Below, one piece after another: positions 20,038-30,219 of a DNA stretch of 64,000 nucleotides. Source of the DNA: Candidatus Micrarchaeota archaeon (GTDB taxonomy: Archaea > Micrarchaeota > Micrarchaeia > Anstonellales > Bilamarchaeaceae); NCBI GenBank assembly GCA_038046805.1, contig JBBSVO010000003.1, forward strand, positions 115,120 to 179,119, given 5' to 3'. Under the pieces are notes generated by a model. That model had not been told where the DNA came from and made no database searches. It was given only the letters and a program-made list of their open reading frames with translations. Both the position numbers and the translations under genes were made by a program. Numbering within the stretch: position 1 is the stretch's first letter; every line of letters begins with the position of its first letter.

Positions 20038-20391
20038 TTGTTTCTGGGTCAGGTTTCCCGCGCCCCCCTTAAACCCCCTCGACTAAATTGGGGTGCAATC
20101 ATATTATTTCTATTGGCATGGGCAATATCAATAAGTCCAGCGATAGAAAGCATGCTTGGCAAAGAAGTCCGGTATAATCCGTTTGACCTGGAAAAAAATT
20201 GGCAAAGACACGTGATTGGCATTGGTTTTATTCTGGCTGCGTTTTATTATAATTTTTCTCAATTCGAATCCAGGCTCGGATTAAAAACAGGTCCATTTGA
20301 CATGGGCATACTCTTTTTCGGAGCATTCGCTGTGGTCGCATATATCCTAAATGAATGGATTGTGATGATATCGACAAATGAATTTGCCTAG
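20038..20391 (+). CDS. Small membrane protein (3 TM); start uncertain
   Basis: Hydrophobic ORF; the annotated TTG start falls inside the IS end. Confidence 0.55.
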   Translation: MFLGQVSRAPLKPPRLNWGAIILFLLAWAISISPAIESMLGKEVRYNPFDLEKNWQRHVIGIGFILAAFYYNFSQFESRLGLKTGPFDMGILFFGAFAVVAYILNEWIVMISTNEFA

Positions 20392-20400
20392 TTCGTTCAA

Positions 20401-20805
20401 TTAATTCCCAACCGCATTAATTACTGCTTCTCCAAGAATTCTCAGCGCTTTTCTGGGCTTATCTACATTCATGGCAAATATCCCATGGTCACTGTCGCTT
20501 GAGACTAGATGAACATTCTCAATATTCACCCGATTCTGGGAAAGTTTTGAAGTCAGTGAATTTATTCCTCCAAGAACATTGCCTACCCGTACAAACAGCG
20601 TATCGGATTCCGAAACATTGTAGCCGCTTTCGCGCAATGAAGATGAAGCTTTTTGAGCATCCTTGAGAGTAAGTGAAATAATCGCATCCCCGCCAACAAC
20701 ATCAACGCTAACACCATCTATGTTTATGTTTCGTTTTCCAAGGATATAAGAAATATCCGCAAGCAAACCAACCTTGTCCTTGGAAACTACTGTTATTGTC
20801 TTCAT
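20401..20805 (-). CDS. Tandem ACT-domain protein
   Basis: DKVGLLADISYILGKRNINID followed by a second ACT repeat. Confidence 0.88.
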   Translation of the reverse strand: MKTITVVSKDKVGLLADISYILGKRNINIDGVSVDVVGGDAIISLTLKDAQKASSSLRESGYNVSESDTLFVRVGNVLGGINSLTSKLSQNRVNIENVHLVSSDSDHGIFAMNVDKPRKALRILGEAVINAVGN

Positions 20806-20874
20806 ACGATCACCCTCCAGTAAAATGCACCATGTATCCTAATCACTCAAAAATGGCATGCAACCGCATGCCTG

Positions 20875-21216
20875 TCAAATAATACTTGCCACGTCACTTG
20901 TTATCGAATCAAGGCTTCTGAAAATTTCATAGCCACTATCATCTTTTGTGGAAACAAGGGCTCGTACCTTGGCTCTATTGAGCATCTTCAAAACCCGCAC
21001 GCGCTCTTGAGTATCTAGTTCGGATACCACACCTCTTCGCAAAACACTTCTTATCCGCTTTGCGACATCCACAACCCGTCCGCCAGTCTTGGACGGAAAA
21101 TCTGCATCCACATAGCGTTCTAGTTCAGATGCAAGGTTAAGAAATTCCGTTCTTCTGGCAAATTGAGGCGTTTCTAAACCCAAAAATTCCTTCAGAACTC
21201 CAAACATATTCCCCAC
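20875..21216 (-). CDS. Hypothetical protein
   Basis: 113-aa ORF co-oriented with the ACT gene. Confidence 0.65.
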   Translation of the reverse strand: MGNMFGVLKEFLGLETPQFARRTEFLNLASELERYVDADFPSKTGGRVVDVAKRIRSVLRRGVVSELDTQERVRVLKMLNRAKVRALVSTKDDSGYEIFRSLDSITSDVASII

Positions 21217-21314
21217 CCCAGGGGGATTAACAATGTGAACTATATATAGTTTACGTTCAAAAAAATGTGAGAAATAACATAAGGCATATAAAGATTATGT
21301 TATAATACACACTT

Positions 21315-21821
21315 ATGACACGAAAAATAGGTAAAATATTCGGAAATTACGATGAGTTTGACTTTCTTATATTAAAGGAACTGAGAAACCAGGCCAAAAT
21401 CCCGATTCGCTCGCTTGCTAACAAGACCGGCTTGCACCCAAATACTCTTTTGCAGAGAATAAAAAAACTTGAGAAAGATGGGATTATAGTAAAATATGCT
21501 GCGGAATTGAACTATGCAAAGCTCGGCTTTGACCTGCACGCGATAATATTTATCGAAGTAACCCACAAGGCACACAAAGAATGGGATGTGGCAAAAGAAC
21601 TGGGGAGCATACCTGAGATTCTGGCGCTTTATTCCATAACCGGGGATTATGACATAGTCGCGATAGTGAAAACAAAAAACAACGAAAGCCTCTCAAAGAT
21701 TATACGGGAACTTAGTAAAAGAGATTATATAACCAGAACGTATACCCATGTCGTTCTATATGCATACAAGCACAGCTATGAGTTTAATCCGTTTAATGGA
21801 ATGATGATAACTGAGAGATAG
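21315..21821 (+). CDS. Lrp/AsnC transcriptional regulator
   Basis: DEFDFLILKEL..RIKKLEKDGII HTH; YSITGDYD RAM domain. Confidence 0.93.
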   Translation: MTRKIGKIFGNYDEFDFLILKELRNQAKIPIRSLANKTGLHPNTLLQRIKKLEKDGIIVKYAAELNYAKLGFDLHAIIFIEVTHKAHKEWDVAKELGSIPEILALYSITGDYDIVAIVKTKNNESLSKIIRELSKRDYITRTYTHVVLYAYKHSYEFNPFNGMMITER

Positions 21822-21877
21822 ACGCCACACCGGCAGAGATTGTTGGATTTTTAACCATTTCGCTTCACAGATAGTAT

Positions 21878-22927
21878 ATGGCTCTAAAGGACAAAATATC
21901 AGATATATTAGACAGTTACAGGAATTTCACGATTGCAACGATTTGTTCTCATTCTTCATTGCAGATTTTTCATGGCGCACGGCAGGAAGGGATTAAAACA
22001 ATTGGAATCGTGCGAAAGGACAGAAAAACACTTTACGAGTCGTTTCCATATGGAAAGCCAGATGAATTTATTGTAGTTGACGACTACTCAAAATTCCCTG
22101 TGAACGAACTCGTTGCAAAAAACGCAATTGTTGTGCCGCACGGATCCTTTGTCGAATATGTTGGCGAAAAAGTAGACAACCTGGCTGTGCCGATATACGG
22201 AAATCGCGCATCACTCGCATGGGAAAGAAGCAGGGAAAAAATGTTCGAATGGATGCATAAAGCAGGGGTAAAAACCCCAAGGATTCTGAAGCCAGAAGAA
22301 ATAGATGGCCCAGCACTTGTAAAATTTCCAGGGGCCAAAGGCGGAAAAGGATATTTTATTGTTAATTCGCAAAAGGAATTCGAGGAGAGAATGCGCGAAA
22401 CTGGAAACACCGAATATATGATACAGGAGTTCATCATAGGCGTGCGGGCATACCCCCATTTTTTCTTTACTCCGTTCGGAAACAGCGGATACAAAACAGC
22501 AAGGGGAAGAATAGAACTTTTGGGAATGGACAAACGCGTTGAAAGCAGTGCTGACGAAATAGCACGTGCGGTTTCAGTAGGACTTAAACCACGACTTTCA
22601 TTCACAGTGACTGGTAATGAACCAATCGTCCTTAGAGAATCTCTCCTTTCAGATTACATGGAAATCGGCAGGAAGATAAGTGACACGTCATTTGACCTGT
22701 TTGGAGGAATGTTTGGCCCATATTGTGTTGAAACAATAATCAATGACGACTTGGAGATATTTGCCTTTGAAATAAGCGCGAGAATCGTTGCCGGGACAAA
22801 TGTTTACCCGGAGGGTTCCCCGTATTCTATCTATTATCACAAAGAACCGATGAGTATGGGCAGAAGAATCGCAAAAGAACTAAAGAATGCAAAGAAAAAA
22901 GGAAAGCTCTCGGAAATAGTATTTTAG
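21878..22927 (+). CDS. purP: Formate--phosphoribosylaminoimidazolecarboxamide ligase, paralog 2
   Basis: IATICSHSSLQI, VPHGSFVEY, GAKGGKGY, TGNEPIVLRESLL, FEISARIVAGTN. Confidence 0.93.
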   Translation: MALKDKISDILDSYRNFTIATICSHSSLQIFHGARQEGIKTIGIVRKDRKTLYESFPYGKPDEFIVVDDYSKFPVNELVAKNAIVVPHGSFVEYVGEKVDNLAVPIYGNRASLAWERSREKMFEWMHKAGVKTPRILKPEEIDGPALVKFPGAKGGKGYFIVNSQKEFEERMRETGNTEYMIQEFIIGVRAYPHFFFTPFGNSGYKTARGRIELLGMDKRVESSADEIARAVSVGLKPRLSFTVTGNEPIVLRESLLSDYMEIGRKISDTSFDLFGGMFGPYCVETIINDDLEIFAFEISARIVAGTNVYPEGSPYSIYYHKEPMSMGRRIAKELKNAKKKGKLSEIVF

Positions 22928-22982
22928 ATAAAATGCACTCAAACAATCATAAGTAAAAATGCTTCTTTTCATAAGGCATATC

Positions 22983-23681
22983 ATGGACAACGAGAGAAAA
23001 CCATCTCATATTGCGATAATCCCTGATGGAAATCGCAGATGGGGCGAATTGCAGGGCATTACAAAGCAAGAGGCGTATGCAACAGGCATAAGAAAAATTG
23101 GCGATATCGCAAAATGGTGCAGGGACGAAGGCATCCATATGCTGACTATGTGGGGTTTCAGCTCAGAGAACTTTGAGCGAGACTCCGCGGAGATCGGCGG
23201 GTTGTTCGAACTTTTCAAGAAAAATCTTATAGATATTCTTACGAGCAATGGGAAAGAAAAACAACAGATACGTGTTCGGTTTTTAGGCCGAATCGGAAAA
23301 TTCCCCAAGGCAGTGCAGGAACTGATGAAAAAAGTTGAGCAGGAGACTGCGGGCAATTCGGAATACCAGCTCAATCTTCTTTTATCGTACGGTGGAAGAG
23401 ACGAGATCATTGACGCAGTCAAGGAGATAATACAAAGCGGGAAAAAAGCGGAAGAAATCGATGAGAAAACAATCGCAGAACATCTTTACACGCGCGGGCT
23501 TCCTGATCCAGATCTGATAATACGTACATCGGGTGAACTGCGCCTCAGCGGGCTTATGCCCTGGCAAACGGTTTATAGCGAGCTTTACTTCTGCAAAAAA
23601 CTCTGGCCGGATTTTGCAAAAGAGGATTTTCTTGATGCGCTTTCAGACTATGCAAAGAGAAGGAGAAGATTTGGGAAATAA
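22983..23681 (+). CDS. uppS: cis-Polyprenyl diphosphate synthase
   Basis: HIAIIPDGNRRW, FSSENFER, YGGRDEI, PDLIIRTSGELRLSG, RRFGK. Confidence 0.96.
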   Translation: MDNERKPSHIAIIPDGNRRWGELQGITKQEAYATGIRKIGDIAKWCRDEGIHMLTMWGFSSENFERDSAEIGGLFELFKKNLIDILTSNGKEKQQIRVRFLGRIGKFPKAVQELMKKVEQETAGNSEYQLNLLLSYGGRDEIIDAVKEIIQSGKKAEEIDEKTIAEHLYTRGLPDPDLIIRTSGELRLSGLMPWQTVYSELYFCKKLWPDFAKEDFLDALSDYAKRRRRFGK

Positions 23682-23699
23682 CCAGACATGGATTAATGG

Positions 23700-24050
23700 G
23701 TGAACCCAGTGAAAATAAAAACAATCGAAGGAAAAATCATCTGCGAAACATGCGAAAAGGCAGATACTTCGCTGGCCCGCATACGAGGGCTAATGTTCTC
23801 GGAAAAAAGAAATATTTTATTTGTGTTTCCGCACGATGGAATCCAGCCGATCCACTCATTATTCGTATTTTTTCCGTTTCACGCGATTTATCTGGACGAA
23901 GAAATGCGCGTTGTGGAAATGTTCCGCGTTGAACCATTCGCGCTTCTTGTACGCAATACAAAACCTGCGAGATATCTTCTTGAAATCTCAGAGGGCACTT
24001 GTCAAGTGCCGCAAATTGGTGACAAATTATGCTTGGATGGAAAATGCTAA
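23700..24050 (+). CDS. DUF192 protein
   Basis: ADTSLARIRGLMF, IHSLFVFFP, ARYLLEI. Confidence 0.85.
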   Translation: MNPVKIKTIEGKIICETCEKADTSLARIRGLMFSEKRNILFVFPHDGIQPIHSLFVFFPFHAIYLDEEMRVVEMFRVEPFALLVRNTKPARYLLEISEGTCQVPQIGDKLCLDGKC

Positions 24051-25474
24051 ACAACGGAGATTATAAGCTTGGATTCCCTGTTCTCAGTGAAGAGGAAATA
24101 CGGGCAGTGTTATACGCAGAGGAAAAATTCAAAGACGAAACAAGAACGCACGAAATCATTGATGAAAAGGAAGCCATGAATATATTTTCAGAACTCGTTT
24201 CCGAGTATGCGGAGAGAAATAAGGCATATCTTACCAGAAAACAAGAGGAGTATCTTACAAAAATAGCATTTCTCCATACATGCAAATTCGCATTCTTATC
24301 TCTTCTTCTTGATGATAAGGAGATAGAAGAAATAAGCATCATAGGTCCGAATATTCCGGCATATGTATTTTTGCGGGACAACGGCTGGAAAACAACAAAT
24401 GCGTGTTTTGAAAGCGAACAGGGAATATCTGAAATAATAAATAAAATGGCCAGCGAAGCAGGAAGAAGAATTACGCTCCAAAACCCCCGGCTCTCGGCAG
24501 TTTTACCAGATGGTTCACGACTTCATGCATCGTTGCCACCAGTATCAAAAGGCGAAATAACAATAAGAAAATTCAGGGAACGGCCATTTTCGCCAAAAGA
24601 ACTCTGTGAACACGGGACAGTGAGTCCCGAGGCAATTGCCCTACTGTCACTGATTATGCAGGGAGACTTTTCTGTTGCGATAGCAGGAAACACTGCAAGT
24701 GGAAAAACAACAACACTTAATTCACTGTTCTCGTTTGTTCCTGCAAACGAAAGAATTATCATCACTGAAGAAACACCGGAAATAAACATTCCTCATCCAC
24801 ACCAACTCAGATTAGTTGCAAACTCAGATATGAATATCGATCTAAAGGACCTGGTATATGACAGCCTGAGGATGAGACCAGATAGAATGATAGTTGGAGA
24901 AGTGAGAAATCAGGAAGAAATTGAGGCCTTATTTGATGTTCTTCTTGGTGGCCAGGCACGAGGAACTTATGCCACATTCCATGCACAAAGTGCAGAAGAA
25001 GGAATGCAAAGAATACGGTCGTTTGGAATAAATGAAAACGACCTTAACAGTCTTGACCTGATAGTCGTTCAGAGAAGGATGTTAAAATATAATACAAAAA
25101 CAGGATCTGGAAAGGAAATTAGAAGAATAATAGAAATATGCGAGATAGAAGGAGGAAACCCATCTCCGCTTTTTGCTTATGATGCACGAACAGACCGCCT
25201 TGAATCAAGAGTCTCAATTTCTGGCAAACGTGCTGGAAGACACGGAGGAACCGGGATTTTGGAAAGACTCGCAGACGATCTGAGACTTAGCAAAAAAGAG
25301 CTTTGTATAGAAATTGAAAAAAGAAAAAAACTGATCAAAGACTCTGAAAACGACTTTCACACGGCATTTAGGAGAATACAAAAACAGCTTTTCAATATAG
25401 ACGCACCAGATGTAGGCAACCGAACGAAACATGATCACACTACACAGGACGAGGATGAAGATGAAGATTATTGA
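24044..25474 (+). CDS. CpaF/TadA/VirB11-family secretion ATPase
   Basis: LPDGSRL, ITIRKF, Walker A GNTASGKTT, TEETPE, SLRMRPDRMIVGEVR, TFHA. Confidence 0.93.
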   Translation: MLNNGDYKLGFPVLSEEEIRAVLYAEEKFKDETRTHEIIDEKEAMNIFSELVSEYAERNKAYLTRKQEEYLTKIAFLHTCKFAFLSLLLDDKEIEEISIIGPNIPAYVFLRDNGWKTTNACFESEQGISEIINKMASEAGRRITLQNPRLSAVLPDGSRLHASLPPVSKGEITIRKFRERPFSPKELCEHGTVSPEAIALLSLIMQGDFSVAIAGNTASGKTTTLNSLFSFVPANERIIITEETPEINIPHPHQLRLVANSDMNIDLKDLVYDSLRMRPDRMIVGEVRNQEEIEALFDVLLGGQARGTYATFHAQSAEEGMQRIRSFGINENDLNSLDLIVVQRRMLKYNTKTGSGKEIRRIIEICEIEGGNPSPLFAYDARTDRLESRVSISGKRAGRHGGTGILERLADDLRLSKKELCIEIEKRKKLIKDSENDFHTAFRRIQKQLFNIDAPDVGNRTKHDHTTQDEDEDEDY

Positions 25475-26933
25475 AATTCTCACAGCAATGTCTGAAAAAA
25501 TGCCTGGATTTCCATTGGAAAGCAGTTCTGCTGAAAAACTGTTGTTGAAACACCAGGATTATAATCCAAAGAAATATGTCACGGCATCATTTCTTGTAGC
25601 AATCGCCATCAGTCTGATCGTTTTTGCATTTTATTCAGTTATTGGAATGTTTCTTGCATTTGCAGGATGTTTTTTTGTTTTTCTGAAACTTCCTGAGATT
25701 GAAATCAAAATTATTGATGAAAAGATGGAGGCAGAAATGCCGATTGTCTTGACAAATTTACACCTTCATCTTAAAACCGGGATTCAATTCAGGCGCGCGC
25801 TGGAACTTTCGTGCGAAGATGGTGAATTCTCCGGGAGAATGCGCGAAGCATTAAGAAATGTTGAAAGCGGATCAACAATTCAATCTGCATTTGCACAGAT
25901 TTATTCGAAGACAAACTCCCCGCGAATCAAGATGGCGATTTCCCAGACATTGAGCGCATATGAGCATGGAGGAGAAGCACGTGAGATAGGCGCGTTCGCA
26001 GATTCGATGCTTTCAATGCAGCACCATAAGCTCAGGGATACCTCTTCAAAACTTGGGATGATTGGCCTTATTTTCGTCACTGTTTCTGTGGTTGCACCGA
26101 CATTTTTTCTAATAGGTGCAATTCTCTCAAAACCACTATTCAACGTGGAAATAGGAACCTTCCAACTCGCAATAATTCTGCTCGTGTTATTTCCATTGGT
26201 TTCATTTGCAGTACTCTACGCAGGAAATGCAATAATGCCTGCATTTTATTTATCCGCGACTAAAACCCGAAGAAATCTTAATCCATACTCAGTATATCTC
26301 CTGGAAAAAAAGACTGAAGAAATAGAAAATGCGCTCCCTGACGCACTGATTGCCATGTCAACACTTCCAAAAGGAGCAAATATCAAAAAGATTCTTGGTG
26401 TGATTGCAAATTCTTCTTCAAAGGAATTGACCAACGAGGGGCAAATAATGATAAGACAGCTTGAATCAGGGATTACCCCTCAAAAAGCGCTGGAAGATTT
26501 TTACATGAGAAATAAATCTCCCATAGTACGCAGGACTGTGACCGCCATAGAGCAGATAGTTGGAACCGGAAGAATGGAAAGTGTTTCTTCAGTAGCAGAA
26601 TCAATAATAAAGTTTTTTGAGATAAAACGAGCCAGGGCAAACATTCTCTCGATGCATAAGTATACGCTTATTTTCGGAGCCCTGTTGGTTCCTGCGATAA
26701 TGGCAGGTACGATTTCATTCACAAAGAACCTAACTAATGGATTTGGCAGTTCTGATATGATTATAACAAAGGCACCAGAAATAATTTCAATATACCTTAT
26801 AATATATTCCGTGCTTGTCTCATTGTATATAGCTGATGCGGAAGGAAAACGCTCGCTCGCATTGCCTTATGCGGGAGTTCTTTCTTTTGTTTCGGTGATG
26901 TTGTTTAATACTATTGGAATGGTGTGGGGTTGA
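25461..26933 (+). CDS. Type II secretion F / TadC-like membrane platform protein
   Basis: Two repeats of EAEMP/ENALPD cytoplasmic domains alternating with TM pairs; adjacent to the ATPase. Confidence 0.85.
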   Translation: MKIIEILTAMSEKMPGFPLESSSAEKLLLKHQDYNPKKYVTASFLVAIAISLIVFAFYSVIGMFLAFAGCFFVFLKLPEIEIKIIDEKMEAEMPIVLTNLHLHLKTGIQFRRALELSCEDGEFSGRMREALRNVESGSTIQSAFAQIYSKTNSPRIKMAISQTLSAYEHGGEAREIGAFADSMLSMQHHKLRDTSSKLGMIGLIFVTVSVVAPTFFLIGAILSKPLFNVEIGTFQLAIILLVLFPLVSFAVLYAGNAIMPAFYLSATKTRRNLNPYSVYLLEKKTEEIENALPDALIAMSTLPKGANIKKILGVIANSSSKELTNEGQIMIRQLESGITPQKALEDFYMRNKSPIVRRTVTAIEQIVGTGRMESVSSVAESIIKFFEIKRARANILSMHKYTLIFGALLVPAIMAGTISFTKNLTNGFGSSDMIITKAPEIISIYLIIYSVLVSLYIADAEGKRSLALPYAGVLSFVSVMLFNTIGMVWG

Positions 26934-26934
26934 A

Positions 26935-27432
26935 ATGGACCGAATAACCACTGTGATATCAACTTTGAATGATCCGCTGATTACCGCAGTTTCGCTTGCG
27001 ATAAATGATAAAGTGATTTTTATTGCACTGATAACCGTACTTATTTTCTTATTTGAAAAAAGAACCGAGAAAATACTAAAGATATTCCTTGTACTTCTCA
27101 CTGCATTTGTATTGGCATCGGCAGCAAAGGAAGTTCTGAGGCTGGAAAGACCATGCGATTCCGCAATGACAAAGATTCAGTGCCCGGATGATTTCTCATT
27201 TCCAAGCAATCATGCAGCCCTTGCATTTACGCTTGCACTTGCATTCATAAACAAGAAAACATACCCTATGCTGATGGGATTTGCAATTCTCACTGCATTC
27301 AGCAGAATATATCTGGGAGTGCATACATTTGAGGATATTGTAGGAGGACTTGTTATTGCTCCGATTGCATACCAAACCGTTGAAATATTCTGGAAGACTA
27401 AAGAGGAAAAACCATGGGAGAAGAAAAAATAG
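26935..27432 (+). CDS. PAP2-family phosphatase
   Basis: K..RP, SFPSNH, SRIYLGVHTFEDIVGG. Confidence 0.92.
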   Translation: MDRITTVISTLNDPLITAVSLAINDKVIFIALITVLIFLFEKRTEKILKIFLVLLTAFVLASAAKEVLRLERPCDSAMTKIQCPDDFSFPSNHAALAFTLALAFINKKTYPMLMGFAILTAFSRIYLGVHTFEDIVGGLVIAPIAYQTVEIFWKTKEEKPWEKKK

Positions 27433-27998
27433 AAACAGACACCAGAAGAAGAGAAATAGTGCGCCAGATGGTACACGCACTCATAGGACTGCTTATGATT
27501 GCAATCATGTTTTTGCTTGGGCGGGGATATCTTATAGCATTTCTATTTTTTGTTACGATAATAGGATTATTGATAATAAATTTCAGGACAAGTTGGGGAA
27601 AATTTCCAATTGCAGAATGGTTTGAGAAAAAACTTGAAAGAAACCATGTGAGGTTTCCCGGATACGGCTCATCGTGGTACGTGGTCGGAATAATCCTGAT
27701 GGCACTGGTAATTCATGATCCAAATAAGATAGCTGCAGGAATTTTTGTTCTTGCAATTGGGGATGCAGCCTCAACCATTTTCGGGATGAACGGAACGCAC
27801 AGGTGTCCGTATAATGAACGAAAGACGTTTGAGGGTTCGGCAGCATTCTTCGCATTTTCACTGATTGCGTTCATTTTCATCGGATGGAAGGCGATTCCAC
27901 TCGCACTTATTGCGGCAATCGTAGAGAGCCTTCCACTTCCATATGATGACAACATTGTGATTCCGGTTGTTGCAACCTCATTTTTCTTAATTGTTTGA
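27414..27998 (+). CDS. Dolichol/phytol kinase-like (SEC59/DGK1) membrane protein
   Basis: RQMVH, LAIGDAASTIFG, KTFEGS, DDNIVIP. Confidence 0.9.
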   Translation: MGEEKIETDTRRREIVRQMVHALIGLLMIAIMFLLGRGYLIAFLFFVTIIGLLIINFRTSWGKFPIAEWFEKKLERNHVRFPGYGSSWYVVGIILMALVIHDPNKIAAGIFVLAIGDAASTIFGMNGTHRCPYNERKTFEGSAAFFAFSLIAFIFIGWKAIPLALIAAIVESLPLPYDDNIVIPVVATSFFLIV

Positions 27999-28032
27999 TA
28001 TCCCGAGACAGAAAAGTTTTTCCGTCTCGATC

Positions 28033-28096
28033 TATAGTGAACCAACGTTGTAGGATATTCGCCTGAAAGTCGGAGTTATTTAGTTGGTTCAGTATA
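28033..28096. mobile_element. 64-bp MITE-like element, copy 1
   Basis: TATAGTGAACCAAC...GTTGGTTCAGTATA terminal inverted repeat; same length as and colinear with 49520-49583. Confidence 0.55.
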
Positions 28097-28109
28097 CAAC
28101 GGTGCTCAC

Positions 28110-28892
28110 ATGCCAACGATTCTTTACACCTCAAAACAGCTCGCAAGCAAGAATATTGCAGACGAGCTGGAAAAAATTGGCAGGATAAATGCAATTGATA
28201 CAGAAGTTCAGACAGTTCTTGATATTCCTACTGACTTTGACGCGGATTGCGAGTACGTTCTGGTTTTAAGCCCGCACAAAAGTAAAGTTCCAAAGCCAAT
28301 GCTCACGATGCATTTTCCTGGGAACTGGGGTACTGCAGAAATGGGCGGAGAACCGGAAACACTCAACATTGCACATGCGGGCAAGCTCAAGCAACTATTC
28401 CTTGAGACAAAAAGGGCAAATGTTGCGCTTGGACTTAACTGGGAAGTAACAATCGAGGCAGATCATCACGGACCAACCATGACCGAAAACGCGGTCCCGA
28501 TAATCTTCGTGGAAATTGGGAGTTCAGAAGCAGAATGGGGAAATAAACTGGCGGCACAGGTTCTCGCAACTGCAATAAACGGAATAATAAAAATAAAAAA
28601 CGATGAAGATAGTCAGAAATTCCGCACGTTTTTCGGAGTTGGCGGCGGCCATTATGCTAAAGAATTTTGCAGATTCGTGGAAAGCGAACAGGGAAAGGAA
28701 TGGGCAGTCGGACATATAATCCCGAAATACGCTATAGACAATGCGAGCGAGAGCGTGCTAATACAAGCAATAGAAAAAAATATGGGAAGAGTTGAGAAGG
28801 CAATTATCCTCAAGGATTCATTAAACGCAAAACAAAAGGAGAAAATCCTGGATTTCTGCAAATCTCACGACGTGCCTGCGGAACTTATTTAA
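28110..28892 (+). CDS. dtdA: D-aminoacyl-tRNA deacylase (archaeal DTD2)
   Basis: SPHKS, TMHFPGN, EADHHGP, FVEIGS, GGGHY, GHIIPKY. Confidence 0.92.
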   Translation: MPTILYTSKQLASKNIADELEKIGRINAIDTEVQTVLDIPTDFDADCEYVLVLSPHKSKVPKPMLTMHFPGNWGTAEMGGEPETLNIAHAGKLKQLFLETKRANVALGLNWEVTIEADHHGPTMTENAVPIIFVEIGSSEAEWGNKLAAQVLATAINGIIKIKNDEDSQKFRTFFGVGGGHYAKEFCRFVESEQGKEWAVGHIIPKYAIDNASESVLIQAIEKNMGRVEKAIILKDSLNAKQKEKILDFCKSHDVPAELI

Positions 28893-29028
28893 ATCCTTTC
28901 TGTGAATTGAGAATACGAACAAAAAGGGATTGAAATGGAAAAAGAAAGCGTCCTGCCGCAAAGGCTTGGAAGAACTCCGGATATTCTTGGAGTATTTCTT
29001 GGTCGTGGGCCGCTCTTGGGTGCAACCA

Positions 29029-29322
29029 ATGAAGGCGAAGAAAGCTAAAACCAAAGAAACAAAAAAACACAGCCACCACTCGCCCAGAATTCAATCCGAC
29101 CCTAAATTTTTGGTTTCTCCTTCTGTAGAAAATAATTCCGCACTGCGCACGCTGTTAATGCTTCACCAAAACAACACGTTTGCAGGTGACGATGCGAAAA
29201 TATTCGACTCGTTTTTGGCAAGATTTTACACAGAAAGGCTGGAAGAAGGGGAATTACGCGATTTCTTAAGGGATAATCCGGCAATAAGAAGAAAGATTTG
29301 GGAAGCTAAGCCGATAATCTGA
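29029..29322 (+). CDS. Hypothetical protein
   Basis: ORF with GGGTG SD before ATG 29029. Confidence 0.5.
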   Translation: MKAKKAKTKETKKHSHHSPRIQSDPKFLVSPSVENNSALRTLLMLHQNNTFAGDDAKIFDSFLARFYTERLEEGELRDFLRDNPAIRRKIWEAKPII

Positions 29323-29338
29323 GTTCACAACACCGCAA

Positions 29339-29890
29339 CTAAAGCCCAAACGCTTTCCTGATTCTTGCTGCTTCAATTTCTTTTCCTTCAGACTCAAAAT
29401 CATCAGCCACACTTCTTGCAATTTGTTTCAGATTAATAGGCACTGTCTCGTCAGGCATTATCTCTGGCTGCAGTATATGGTAAACTGCATCAAGTAAACG
29501 AGCAATTTCAAACACCCCTGCCCTTATAAATCGTTCCAGCATTCTTTTTAGAGCAATACCGAATTCGTCAGATAGCTCGGAGTTTCTTGCGAAAATTGCT
29601 GCTTCGTGTGGCTTAGTTTCCATGAGCTTTGAGATCCACAATCTTGCCGCACGCTTTGCCTCTGTGGCCATATTGTGCTCTCGCGCAAACTGTGCTGCGC
29701 CGGGATATTTCTTTTCTCTCATAAGTCGTTTGAACGTTTTATCTGGGTCTTCGATTTCAGCAGTAGTATTCTCAGGGGCTACCTTTTTTGGGCCAAGGCT
29801 TTCTTCCACTGCCAGACTTCCTTTTACTACAAGCCTATGAGGAAACCTGATTAAATTAGAATCACCCGTTCCTCTTCTCTTGCGGACCAT
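29339..29890 (-). CDS. Hypothetical helical protein
   Basis: About 183-aa ORF. Confidence 0.6.
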   Translation of the reverse strand: MVRKRRGTGDSNLIRFPHRLVVKGSLAVEESLGPKKVAPENTTAEIEDPDKTFKRLMREKKYPGAAQFAREHNMATEAKRAARLWISKLMETKPHEAAIFARNSELSDEFGIALKRMLERFIRAGVFEIARLLDAVYHILQPEIMPDETVPINLKQIARSVADDFESEGKEIEAARIRKAFGL

Positions 29891-29992
29891 ATAAACAACC
29901 AAAGCAAGATAATCAAAATGTGAAATGCTAGACGCAGAACCATCAAAACACGGAACTCGAAACGCGAGACGCTAGACTTAAGACCATTAAAT

Positions 29993-30040
29993 AAAAAGGG
30001 CGGAGTCTGGATTCGTTTGTTTCCAGGTTCCGCCCTTTTT
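29993..30040 (-). terminator. Hairpin with T-run downstream of 5S rRNA
   Basis: AAAAAGGGCGGA...TCCGCCCTTTTT inverted repeat immediately 3' of the 5S gene. Confidence 0.45.
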
Positions 30041-30047
30041 ACGAAAG

Positions 30048-30162
30048 TATCAGCAGCAGCATGGGTTCCCACCCATAGGGTAGTACAAACATTGCCGTGA
30101 AGGGGCTTAACTTCTGTGTTCGGGATGGGAACAGGTGAACCCCCTTCCTATGGCCGCTGACA
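30048..30162 (-). rRNA. rrf: 5S rRNA (unlinked)
   Basis: Minus strand GCGGCCATAG..CCTGTTCCCATCCCGAACACAGAAGTTAAGCC; ends pair (TGTCAGCGGC/GCTGCTGATA). Confidence 0.95.
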
Positions 30163-30219
30163 AGCAAAATCTATGTATGATTATGTTTAAAAGGGTTTCC
30201 AGAGACAGATTGCTACAGG

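Larger units (their letters stand above)
19245..20068 (-). mobile_element. IS200/IS605-family element (tnpA only, no tnpB)
   Basis: Subterminal hairpins CCCACGGCTGAAGCCGTGGG (19253-19272) and interrupted ACGGCTAAAGCCGTG (20015-20029). On the minus strand it ends in TTCAC and is preceded by TTTAA. Boundaries approximate. Confidence 0.8.
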
